Notes under the pieces: generated by a model
Database searches by the model: none
Seen by the model: only the letters and a program-made list of their open reading frames with translations
Told to the model about the DNA's origin: nothing
Part shown: in pieces, positions 54,355-64,000 of the stretch
Numbering within the stretch: position 1 is the stretch's first letter
How the letters are laid out: the number at the start of each line of letters is the position of its first letter
Assembly (NCBI GenBank): GCA_964016885.1
Contig: CAXHJY010000384.1
Coordinates: 62,001 to 126,000, forward strand
Reading direction: 5' to 3'
Length of the DNA: 64,000 bases
Source: Eledone cirrhosa
Taxonomy: Eukaryota
Program-made: the position numbers and the translations under genes

Positions 54355-54830
54355 GTGCTTTGGGACTGACAATCAGTCTGAAGAAGACTGTCGTCATGTA
54401 CCAACCTGCTTCGGATAAAGTTTTCAATAAACCCTCCATATACGTATACGGTCAAAAACTGAAGGCTGCTGAGATAGAAGCTCTTGAAAGAGAAACTTGG
54501 CGTGGAATGGTGAATGATGGGGTCCATAATTTTGAGGACAGACGCATAGAGCACGAGAAGATCAAAGGGGATGTGCGTAAGCAATGCCCTGGTGTATCTC
54601 TCGAAACGATCGGTGTCTCCATTGAATTGAAGTGCCCTGAGTGTGGAAAAATTTGCTTGAGCAAATCTGGTCTCAGGAGCCACAGTCGCAGCCATGTTCA
54701 AAGAGAACCAGTGAACTATGAGCTCCATGGTGTTGTGAGGGTTCACGGGCAACCTGATGCAGGACCTCAAGCCAAGGAGATCCATAGTTGTCGTCAGTGT
54801 CTGAAGGAATGCAAGTCTCTAGTCTCTAGC
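54355..54830 (+). mobile_element. Internally deleted RTE-clade LINE 3' fragment with C2H2 zinc fingers
   Basis: FGLTISLKKTVVMYQP (RT thumb) joined in frame to ALERETWRGMV...FEDRR...CPECGKICLSKSGLRSHSRSH...CRQCLKECKS. Confidence 0.8.
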
Positions 54831-55250
54831 AGGCTTGAAAAGCCATATCCAAGCGTCACATATCTGAATCTGACAAGCGATTGCAATACTCTTGGCAGAG
54901 TTTGCAGCCATCATATATATATATATATATATATAGTTTCTGAGGTTGACAGTGTAATGGATCAGAGATTTCGAGATTAGAAATAGTTAGTGACATAACG
55001 ACTACCAGCTAGTCAATATATCGATCTACTACGAACAATCAACTCTCTGAAACAATCGTAAAACAATGAACTAATTAAGTATCTATCTTCGACTTGCTTT
55101 ATTTTCATTGTTCAACACACACACATATATTCGCCTAGTATTCTTGATTGTCCGGAATTCTCTTCTCGTTCCCTTTTTCCATGCAGACCACGAACTATGC
55201 CCTGAAATGATTTACAATTGTATCTGGCCTTATATCATATCTCCTCTTAA

Positions 55251-55610
55251 GATGGCTTTACCCTGTGCCCCTGGTCGAGAGGCAGGTGCCTTGTCTGGGA
55301 CGTCACTGTTAGTGACTCTTTTGCTCTTTCCCACATCCTGGATGCTGTTGTTAGGACGAGAGCCACAGCTTCTGCAGCCGAGCGGAGTAAGACCCTCAAA
55401 TACTCTGATCTGTCTGCCAGCTACATTTTTCAGCCTGTGGCTTTCGACAAGTTTGGGGGAGTCGGGCAGCTGACTGCGAGGTTCCTCTTTTCACTGGCGG
55501 CTCGCCTAATAGAGGTAATTGGCGAATCTCGCGAGGGCGCTTGGCCGTTTCAGCCTCGCAATCACCCGAGGCAACGCTGCGAGTGTGCTGGCTTGCCTCA
55601 AAAATCATTA
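55251..55610 (+). mobile_element. CRE-clade restriction-like endonuclease fragment
   Basis: DGFTLCPWSRGRCLVWDVTVSDSFA...AAERSKTLKYSDL...YIFQPVAFDKFGGVG...ESREGAWPFQ.../RGNAASVL. Confidence 0.85.
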
Positions 55611-56343
55611 GAGAGGTTGCCCAGTACTCGCGACGTTGCTGTCTTTTGCTGTGGTGTTGGCTCCGTTGTTCACCCCTTCCTTTACATTTTCTTTAATATT
55701 GTAACATTAAAAGAATATATCTTTCCGAAAGAATCGCGAGTTTTATATAATGTTATCTAAGCATTTGTAATGTTATTTATGTATATATTTTTAAAACATA
55801 TTTATGTTATGTTATTCTACTGTAAATTTATTTATATGCTCTGTTTATATTTTCATTCTGAAAGAATTGCAAACGATTTGTAGTGTATTTAGGAAATAAT
55901 AATAAAAAGACTAACGGTTATTGTTACTGTTGAATATTTGAACTCAGAACGTAAAGGGATATAATATACTAAGTCTGACACTCAGTAAAAGTGTAAAAAT
56001 GTTTTTTTTTTTTTTTTTTAAGCGAAAATAGAAACCGGGTCGTTGATTTCATTTGATACATCAAATCAAGACGACATTCCATTAGGAAAGCTGTTGCTAA
56101 GTAACAAATATGAAAATGTGTGAGTCATAGTTATCGCCCTTGTATTGACTGGATAGTTAGAAGTTTCTGATATGACTATGACCCTGCAAACGTCATTCAG
56201 TACACATTAACATTTGAATTCAAGCCTTTGGTTCGTTTGAGTTCTCGTTAGTACATTTTTGTGTGTAAACTTACGTTCCCTTTTGAATGAGCCCTGTTTC
56301 TATGATACAAATCTGTTTATAGTTGTCTAAAAACCTTCCATTA

Positions 56344-56808
56344 TTTCATCCTTACGGGGTGGTGGATTGGCAGTATCGATAGAGTGTCGGACGCCATGCT
56401 TTCCAGCATAGTTACGTCCCTTTACGATCTGAGTTCAAATCCCGCCGAGGTTGACTTTGCCTTTCATCCTTACGGGGTCGATAAAATAAAGTACCAGTAA
56501 TGCACTGGGTAATTACTGGCCTTGTGCCTAAAGTAGAAACAATTATTTCATCCTTACGGTGGATTGGCAGTATCGGTAGAGAGTCGGACGCCATGCTTTA
56601 CGGTCTGAGTTCAAATCCCGCCGAGGTTAACTTTGCCTTTCATCCTTACGGGGTCGATAAAATAAAGTACCAGTAATGCACTGGGATTGATTGCTGGCCT
56701 TGTGCCAAAAGTAGAAACAATTATTTCATCCTTACGGGGTCGATAAATTAAAGTACCAGTAATGTACTGAGTATTTGCTGGCATTGTGCCAAAAAGTAGA
56801 AACAATTA
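56344..56808 (+). mobile_element. Tandem array of Nin/Deu-domain SINE copies
   Basis: Three to four head-to-tail copies linked by aattatttcatccttacgg. Confidence 0.85.
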
Positions 56809-57049
56809 TTATTTTATATAAGAACCTTTGTTAAGCAACGTTCCAAGCGCCAGCTAAATAATGAAAAAGTTAGTTATATTACTAAATCACTCAAAATTGT
56901 CGATTATTTGAAAATAACAGGATTATTGGCGAATGTAGTCAGCGCGTTTTCGATTCTGATAGGAGCAATTTCACTCAATTTGTGACAATAATATGTTAAA
57001 TAAAAGCTACGAAGGTAAAAAAAAAATTCCAATTTTTGAGAGAGGGTTA

Positions 57050-57655
57050 AATCAATTAAATCGACCCCAGCACTTGACTAGTATATTATTTTATCGATCT
57101 CATGAAAGTTAATCTCGGCAACATTTGAAGTCAGAATGTAAAGAGCCAGAAGAAATACCACAAAGCATTTTGTCCAACGGTCTAATAATTCTGCCAATCC
57201 AACACCCTAAATAGTTTGATAATTGTTTCTACTTTAGGCACAAGGTCAGCAATTTGTAGGAGAGGGGAAAGTCGATTAAATCGACCCCAGTGCATAACTG
57301 GCACTTTATTTTAAGGATGAAAGGCAAAGATAACCTTGGCGAGATTTGAACGTAAAGAGCCGTAACTATATGTCATGAAGCATGTTGTCCGACGCTCTAC
57401 CGATACTGTCAATTCACTGTAGTCTAATAATTGTTTCTACTTTTGGCACAAGGCCAGCAATTACCCAGTACATTACTGGTACTTTATTTTATCGACCCCG
57501 TAAGGATGAAAGGCAAAGTTAACCTTGGTCTAATAATGATTATATTAAAATCCCGCCGAGGTTAACTTTGCCTTTCATCCTTCCGGGGTCGATAGAATAA
57601 AGTACCAGTAATGCATTGGGTATTTGCTGGCCTTGTGCCAAAAGTAGAAACAATT
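57050..57655. mobile_element. SINE cluster: three minus-strand copies then one plus-strand copy
   Basis: 57429-57528 (-) and 57549-57655 (+) form an adjacent inverted pair; attatattaaaa duplicated around the plus copy. Confidence 0.8.
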
Positions 57656-58264
57656 ATATTAAAAGTTAACACTTTTGTAACTATATTTCTACTGAAAGAC
57701 ACTACTATATTTTGAAAATAACTAATAATTTTAATTCTATTCCTTTATTTTCTTTTGTTTCCTTTTCTTTTTTTTTATTATTGTTGTCGTTATGTATATA
57801 TTATTGCTTGTGCTGATAATATTCATAAAAAATTTCATTGTTTAAAATATAACAAAAATACATATAATACTTTAATAAATTTAAGTTTCGTGCCAGGGTC
57901 AGGTGGGGCAGTTCGTGGTAGTTTAGTACTGAGAGGGTTAAAGATTAAAAATAAATACAACATAACATTCTATTTTTAGTTTTGTTTGATTACTTGATTG
58001 ATTAATTAGCTAATTGTTTGATTAACTGACTGATGGCAACATCTTTTGACTTTTTTGTCTTTCTGCTTCCATAAATATATCTCTTTCCCAAATCAGACTT
58101 ACTGTTTACTGGAGTGAATATAATGATTTACTTACTCCTCACTAACCTTTCATTAACACTTCACTTCACATCCAATGACTTTTTTTTTCACGTTATCCAC
58201 CCACCCTATTTACCTCTCCCTCTCTCATGTATATGTATGTATGTATATATATATATATACATAC

Positions 58265-58666
58265 AGATGACCCCTTAACCTTTGTCAAGGCAGAATTCTA
58301 GGAGAAGGAAAACTCTGATATAACACCTGCAACCCTGATGGTATCCAATGATGTTGACTTGTTCTTCTTTTTGGTAAATATCATCTTGGTTAAGAGAGTG
58401 AGACTGGCTTTGTGCAGTGCCTTTGCTCACTATAAAAGCTTCACGGCACAGGCATTGCTTTATATCTGGAGATCTCTCTGCACTTGTCGTCACATGGTAC
58501 CATGGGCCCAGCACTATGTGTCAATAATTGTCACAAGTGTAGTGTTTGTACCAGAGTTTTCAAGTCGCTGGCTGGACTAAAAAGTCACACTCGTTCAGCG
58601 CATCGGTAGGGGTTCTCCTACATGGATATAAAGTAGTGGCCGTACTCGAAAACGAGTTGGCAGCCA

Positions 58667-58669
<3 letters not shown>
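58265..58669 (+). mobile_element. RTE-derived bipartite element, copy 3 (5'-truncated), within (TA)n
   Basis: Near-identical to about 5895-6300. Confidence 0.8.
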
Positions 58670-58704
<35 letters not shown>

Positions 58705-58708
<4 letters not shown>

Positions 58709-58859
58709 ATGTTCAAGACCCCGACAGAAATAGCCGTCGAAACGGCTTGAGCTCTGCCGTCGGGATCTTGAACATTTTCCTATTACCCACTACTATTACT
58801 CTAAGTATTGAGTACTCAGGTGCGTTATGGTGCACATGGTTCCTTACCACACTTCCTTC

Positions 58860-58862
<3 letters not shown>
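58705..58862 (+). mobile_element. Penelope-like terminal fragment with 5' inverted duplication and hammerhead 3' half
   Basis: gaaaatgttcaagaccccgac / gtcgggatcttgaacattttc inverted repeat enclosing GAAACGGC-loop-GCCGTC. Confidence 0.6.
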
Positions 58863-58914
<52 letters not shown>

Positions 58915-58918
<4 letters not shown>

Positions 58919-59080
58919 TTCTACAGGACTAGAACTTTCATTCGAAGGAAATCATCAGGAAAAAGCCCTTCGAATAAAACAGTTGTAGTCCTGTAGAAGC
59001 CATTTCTATATTGAATATTTATACTCAGCTATGTATTGAGTACCTTACTCTGGTTACCCCCGATTGAACCCGGGATATAC
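58915..59080 (+). mobile_element. Second Penelope-like terminal fragment with inverted duplication
   Basis: tggcttctacaggacta / tagtcctgtagaagcca; the inverted arm carries CTGATGA...GAAA on the minus strand. Confidence 0.55.
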
Positions 59081-59258
59081 GCACACACACAGATAGATAG
59101 ATATATTTAAAGGTTAAGCAAGTTTCAATGAATAAATCAAAGAATGAGTTTTACAATAGATTGGAAGCACTCAACAGTATGGTTTTCTGGAGTTATTAAT
59201 ATTAATTCAAAATATTAATAAAAATAGACATTCTGTCAGGGTATGTCATGCATCATCT

Positions 59259-59325
59259 TATTTTATCTGATGAGGACGTACTGTTGAAGATAGCTCAGTA
59301 CCTCTGAAATATGTATAATAAAATA
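59259..59325 (+). ncRNA. Type I (Penelope-type) hammerhead ribozyme, apparently intact core
   Basis: Stem I tattttat/ataaaata; CTGATGA; stem II GGAcGTACTG/CAGTACcTCT; GAAA; short stem III ATA-TG-TAT; cleavage triplet ATA, predicted cut after 59317. Confidence 0.7.
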
Positions 59326-59361
59326 TACTTGATCACACGAATGTCTATTTTTGTTAATATT

Positions 59362-59399
59362 AGTCTGTCTGTCTGTCTGTGTCTGTCTGTCTGTCTGTC

Positions 59400-59486
<87 letters not shown>

Positions 59487-59487
59487 G
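59362..59487. repeat. (GTCT)n microsatellite
   Basis: Seen directly. Confidence 0.97.
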
Positions 59488-60188
59488 ATGTATGTGTACC
59501 TGTGTTGGTCTGTCCATTTATCTCTCAAATTCTGTTTAACGTATCTGTAGTCTATCTAGTTATATGTATGTATGTTTAATCCATATATCTCAATTATTCA
59601 ATCAATGAGAGAGTGTGTGTCTCTATAAGTTACTTTCATCTCATTAGCCATGAGGTCACTCCCCACCAAACAACTGCTATAAACTGAGTGAGAGTGGGGA
59701 GGGGGACTACGGAGAAAGAATGAGTGATGGGGAAAGAGAGAAAGATAAACAAATAAAGAAAGATGAACAGAAAAGTGAAAGATAAAGAGAGTGAGAAACT
59801 GACACACACACACACATGATGGTGGTGGTATTGTTGATGGTAGTGTTGGTTTTAGTTGTAGTGGTAGTGTTTTGATGAAGGTGATGATGACGATGGTAGT
59901 GTTGATGAAGGTGATGTTGATGGTAGTGTTGAGACATGTGAAAGATCAATATAGAAAGAGGAGTTATGTAGTGAGAAAGGTTGGGAGAGCAAGAAAAAGA
60001 CATTAGATTTATAGTTGACTGAAAACAAACATACAAAGATATCTTTACTTTATATAGAAGATATTGTTATATCATCTGCCATTTTGGGCATGGTTTCTAT
60101 GGTTGGATGTCCTTCTTAACACTAATCACTATACAACACCAGCACTAGAAAGTCTGTCTTATCTTGACAAAACTATAGGGTACCATCT

Positions 60189-60308
60189 ACTGAGTTCAAA
60201 TTCCGTCAAGGTTAACTTTGCCTTTCATCTTTACAGGGTCGATAAAATATAGCACCAGTAATGCACTGGAGTAATTGCTGGCCTTGTGCCAAAAATAGAA
60301 GCAATTAT
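60189..60308 (+). mobile_element. 5'-truncated Nin/Deu-domain SINE
   Basis: Same family as 1942. Confidence 0.75.
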
Positions 60309-60439
60309 CTTTGTTCATTTGCCAACAGCTTTACAGTGTGTAATGAGTGCATGTTATCATAGCACCAGTCCTAGATAAGTTACCTTGTCCCTGGCAAGAC
60401 TAAATAGTCCTTTTTACTCTATACACTTCAGATCATTAC

Positions 60440-60835
60440 TCACTGATGAACACTTACCTGTTTGTTAAATTAATCACTGAACTCATTACAAACTTTTGCT
60501 TTGCTGACTGCATCTCTGTATATGGCATGCACAGCTCTCACTTGTCATTCATTTACCCTTACTTTCTTTAGCAACCACCAGACTCAGAGCATGGAATCTA
60601 GTCAGAAGCCTTCTCCAGACTGACAAATGCTGAGTAGAGATGCTTATTCCTTGATGAGTACTTCTCCTGCACTTGTCTCATTGGGAAGATGACATTAGTA
60701 AGCAACCTTCCTGGTATAAAACCAAACTGCACTTCATCTATATTAATTTTCTTCTGTAACTTGTTCAGTAACTTTCATAACCTGGTCAATACATTTGAAG
60801 CTTCTGTATAATTGCTTCCTTTTAGAGTGTCTTTT
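60440..60835 (-). mobile_element. Decayed RTE reverse-transcriptase fragment
   Basis: IDQVMKV...IDEVQFG.../VIFPMRQVQEKY...LYSAFVSLEKASD*IP...WWLLKKV...VHAIY...FSD*F..QVSVHQ. Confidence 0.75.
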
Positions 60836-61363
60836 GTCCCAACAATACTGGATTAAATGCAGAGCAAAATAAGGACTTGCTTAAAATATCAAGGGAAGAT
60901 GATCACTATTTTATTCAAATTAAATGTATATGTCATTCCCCAACATATATATATATATATTTTTTGCTGACTTTATATATCGTGGGAACACCATAATCTT
61001 TTAACTTTAAACATATAGGGAACCAGTGATTGTATCATTAAAAATCTGTAACCAATGATGCTATGAATCCTTTTGATATCAACCACCTGAAACCACCTCT
61101 GGTTCTATTGATACAAAGCTGTTTGTTTTAAAGTGTTTAAACTTATCTAAAAACCTCCAATCATAATTTTATGTAAGATTCTTTGTTAAGTTATCTTCCA
61201 ACCACTCATGGTTCTATGATATTAAGCTGTTTATTTTAAAGTGTTTATATTTATCAAAAAAACATTTTTAAATTCTGCATTGTTTTTAAGCTTATTTTAA
61301 ATTCATATGCAGTGTCTTTTATTAGAAAAATAATAACGAAAGAGTTAATCACAAATTGTGATA

Positions 61364-61551
61364 TACAAGGGTCAGCTGAAAAGTTCATAGGCTGATTAAG
61401 ATACTCTCATGGAATGACCAAATGAGGTTTATTTTTCAACAGTCATTGGAAAGAAACAATGCAGTTATTAAGAAGAGTTGAAATTAACACAAACAAGATT
61501 TCACAGCTCTCCACCATAGTCAGCATATGAACTTTTCAGCCAACCCTCGTA
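61364..61551. mobile_element. Complete mariner-like MITE
   Basis: TA|CAAGGGTCAGCTGAAAAGTTCATAGGCTGA ... TCAGCATATGAACTTTTCAGCCAACCCTCG|TA. Confidence 0.85.
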
Positions 61552-62109
61552 TAACTCAAACAAATAAAATAAATATAATGTCCCAAAATAAACAACAAAA
61601 TACATGCTGTGAAACTGAACATAAAACTTTTCAGATGAAATCCCATTCAGTCATGTTACATCTTATAGAAAGAAACACTCAACATGGATGCTGTCGTTGT
61701 TGTTGAGGTTGTGCTTGTTGTCAAGGTTGCAAGATATGTGCATACAGCTTGATATATGTATTCAACAAGTGCATACATGCATATATGTGTGGAGATGAGT
61801 GCAAGTTGATAACTAGAAGGCAGGGAAGATAAGGAAGAACAAAGAAAAAGAAACAATGTTGATGACAAATGCTGCTAGGATGCAGCTAGAAGTAACATTG
61901 TCAATATGTCTATAACTTACATAAAATATTGTAGGTAGTAAAATGGTGGTGTACTGTACATTAAAGTAGAATGTTGTAGTGGGGGTAGTAAAACTGATGT
62001 ACTGAACATACAGTAGTATAGATAGTGTAGTGAACATTATAATGCAGTAGTATACTGTGGGTAGTGAAACGACCGTATAACTGCCATTCTTTCACAAAAT
62101 TGGAAAAAA

Positions 62110-62230
62110 ACAGCAACCCACCCAAGGAAGGCGCCCTATGAGGCAGAGTGATTATTGTAGTAGAGGTGATGCTGGCCGTTCTCTGTGGCAATGCCTTCGT
62201 CATTTTGTCTGCAGGGTGGAGCTGAGAGAT
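62110..62230 (+). mobile_element. CRE-clade extreme 3' fragment
   Basis: VMLAVLCGNAFVILSAGWS* resembles SLAVLRGNVFSILSAG at about 36480. Confidence 0.5.
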
Positions 62231-63094
62231 ATCGCTAAGGCTGGGCTGAAGAGTCTGTCACACCCTGTCCCCTTTTCCCTTCCCTTTCATTGTTGACTTT
62301 CTTCTTTCATTTTATTTCTTTTCAACTGCCAAACCGCAGACTGGTACTAGACCATGGGCCATTTGGTACTGCGCTGCACAGAAAGAATAAAAACTTTTTT
62401 TTTACCATTTTACTGACTATTGCAACTGCAACCTTATTTTGAGTTGAGTCACATTTACAGTATAAATGTCATGATTAAATTAATAATAAAATTATATAAT
62501 ATGCACTTTATTGTTTGTGTTGTTAAACACGTGACTGACACTGATCACCCTCTTCCCTCGTTCAATGGAGAAATTGTCTTGCATGATACTGCTCTGTGGC
62601 ACAAAATGGTTGGGGACTGATGCTCGAAACGATTCAGCTATTTAAATAGGAAGCTAAACAATGGCTGAGATGTTAACATTTTGAAAATATATTATGAGAA
62701 CATTGGTAGATTGAAATTCTTAGAAAATGTAGAAATCTAAATTTTTATTGTCAAGGGACGATACCATTGTGTGACAAATACCGCCTGAACTCTAAGAGTT
62801 TCTATAGCCAATCCCTAGAACAGATTTTCTAGATGTGGAAGGTAAATTTTTTCTCCTGGATAGAGCACTAGTCTCTTTCAGAAGACATTCACAGATGATC
62901 TGCTACTTAATCTCTGGTAGTTAGCTGAAACATGTACCATTAAATACACTACCTGAATCTACAATCAAATATCTGTAGTTGATTTGAATATGAAACACGT
63001 GACAGCAGTCCAATACAATATTGACGTGGATATTTATACATACAGACACAGATGCATATATACATATACATATATACATATACATATGTATATA

Positions 63095-63315
63095 AAGGAT
63101 CGATCGACTTTCGTCAAATCGGACTGAGGAAACAATGTTTTCGTCGGTCTTTCCAGTTGCTAGTACTATCTATCGGTCACAACTCCAGGTAGAAGGAGCA
63201 ACGTGAAATAAAGTGTCTTGCTCAAGGACATAACGCATCACCCGGTCCGGAAATCGAACTCACAGCCTCAAGATTGTGAATCCAATTCTCTAACCACTCA
63301 GCCATGCGCCTTCAC
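63095..63315 (-). mobile_element. tRNA-headed SINE (second family)
   Basis: Minus strand gtgaaggcgcatggctgagtggttaga (box A) ... gagttcgatttcc (box B) ... ccttgagcaagacactttatttcac. Confidence 0.75.
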
Positions 63316-63317
63316 TA

Positions 63318-63667
63318 ATATATATATACATATATATATACATATATATACATATACATATATACATATACATATATATACATATACATATATACATATA
63401 TATGTATATATATATATATATACATGTACATACATATACATGTATACATATATATATACATATATATAAATATATATATATACATATATGTAAATATATA
63501 TATATAAATATATATATATACATATATATAAATATATATATATATACATATATATAAATATATATATATACATATATGTAAATATATATATATAAATATA
63601 TATATATATACATGTACAGACATATACACATATATATACATATACATGTACAGACATATACACATAT

Positions 63668-63702
<35 letters not shown>

Positions 63703-64000
63703 TATATATACATATATATATATACATATAAATATATATATATACATATATATAAATATATATATATACATATATATAAATATATATATATACATATAAA
63801 TAAATATATATATACATACAAATAAATATATCTATATACATATAAATAAATATATCTATATACATATAAATAAATATATCTATATACATATAAATATATC
63901 TATATACATATAAATAAATATATCTATATACATATAAATAAATATATCTATATACATATAAATATATATATATATATATATAAATATATATATATACATA
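63318..64000. repeat. AT-rich compound microsatellite (TA/TACA/TAAA)
   Basis: Seen directly. Confidence 0.95.

Noticed and set aside
60452-60462. Strong minus-strand splice donor CAG|GTAAGT
   Set aside because: Falls within a decayed RTE RT sequence (QVSVHQ motif)
63218-63889. Tyr/Ile-rich ORFs (also 23799-24043 and 59263-59579)
   Set aside because: Microsatellite translations

Overview
AT-rich, repeat-dense animal genomic DNA. The repeat landscape (tRNA-headed Nin/Deu-domain SINEs, CORE-type SINEs, very dense microsatellites) resembles coleoid cephalopod (Octopus-like) genomes; that assignment is an inference. No intact host protein-coding gene can be identified, only a few weak minus-strand exon candidates around 7 and 17-18 kb. 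Nearly all long ORFs in the track are simple-repeat artefacts or decayed transposon ORFs. Recognisable elements: about 20 copies of a young Nin-domain SINE (often stacked), three copies of an RTE-derived bipartite non-autonomous element sitting in microsatellites, and RTE, CR1, CRE-clade and Dong/R4-clade LINE fragments. Also present are a Penelope-like GIY-YIG fragment, several Penelope-type hammerhead-ribozyme motifs (one apparently intact at 59259-59325), a Tc1/mariner transposase remnant, TA- and TTAA-flanked MITEs, non-autonomous Helitrons, a 29-bp minisatellite of about 1.4 kb, a (GGTGT)n array and many short fold-back inverted duplications. The most interesting signals are RNA-structural: a cluster of fold-back hammerhead cassettes at 58.7-59.4 kb, a G-U-biased 142-nt hairpin at 43.7 kb, and a possible HDV-like motif at the head of the RTE-derived element. 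All alignments and translations were done by eye and coordinates are approximate.
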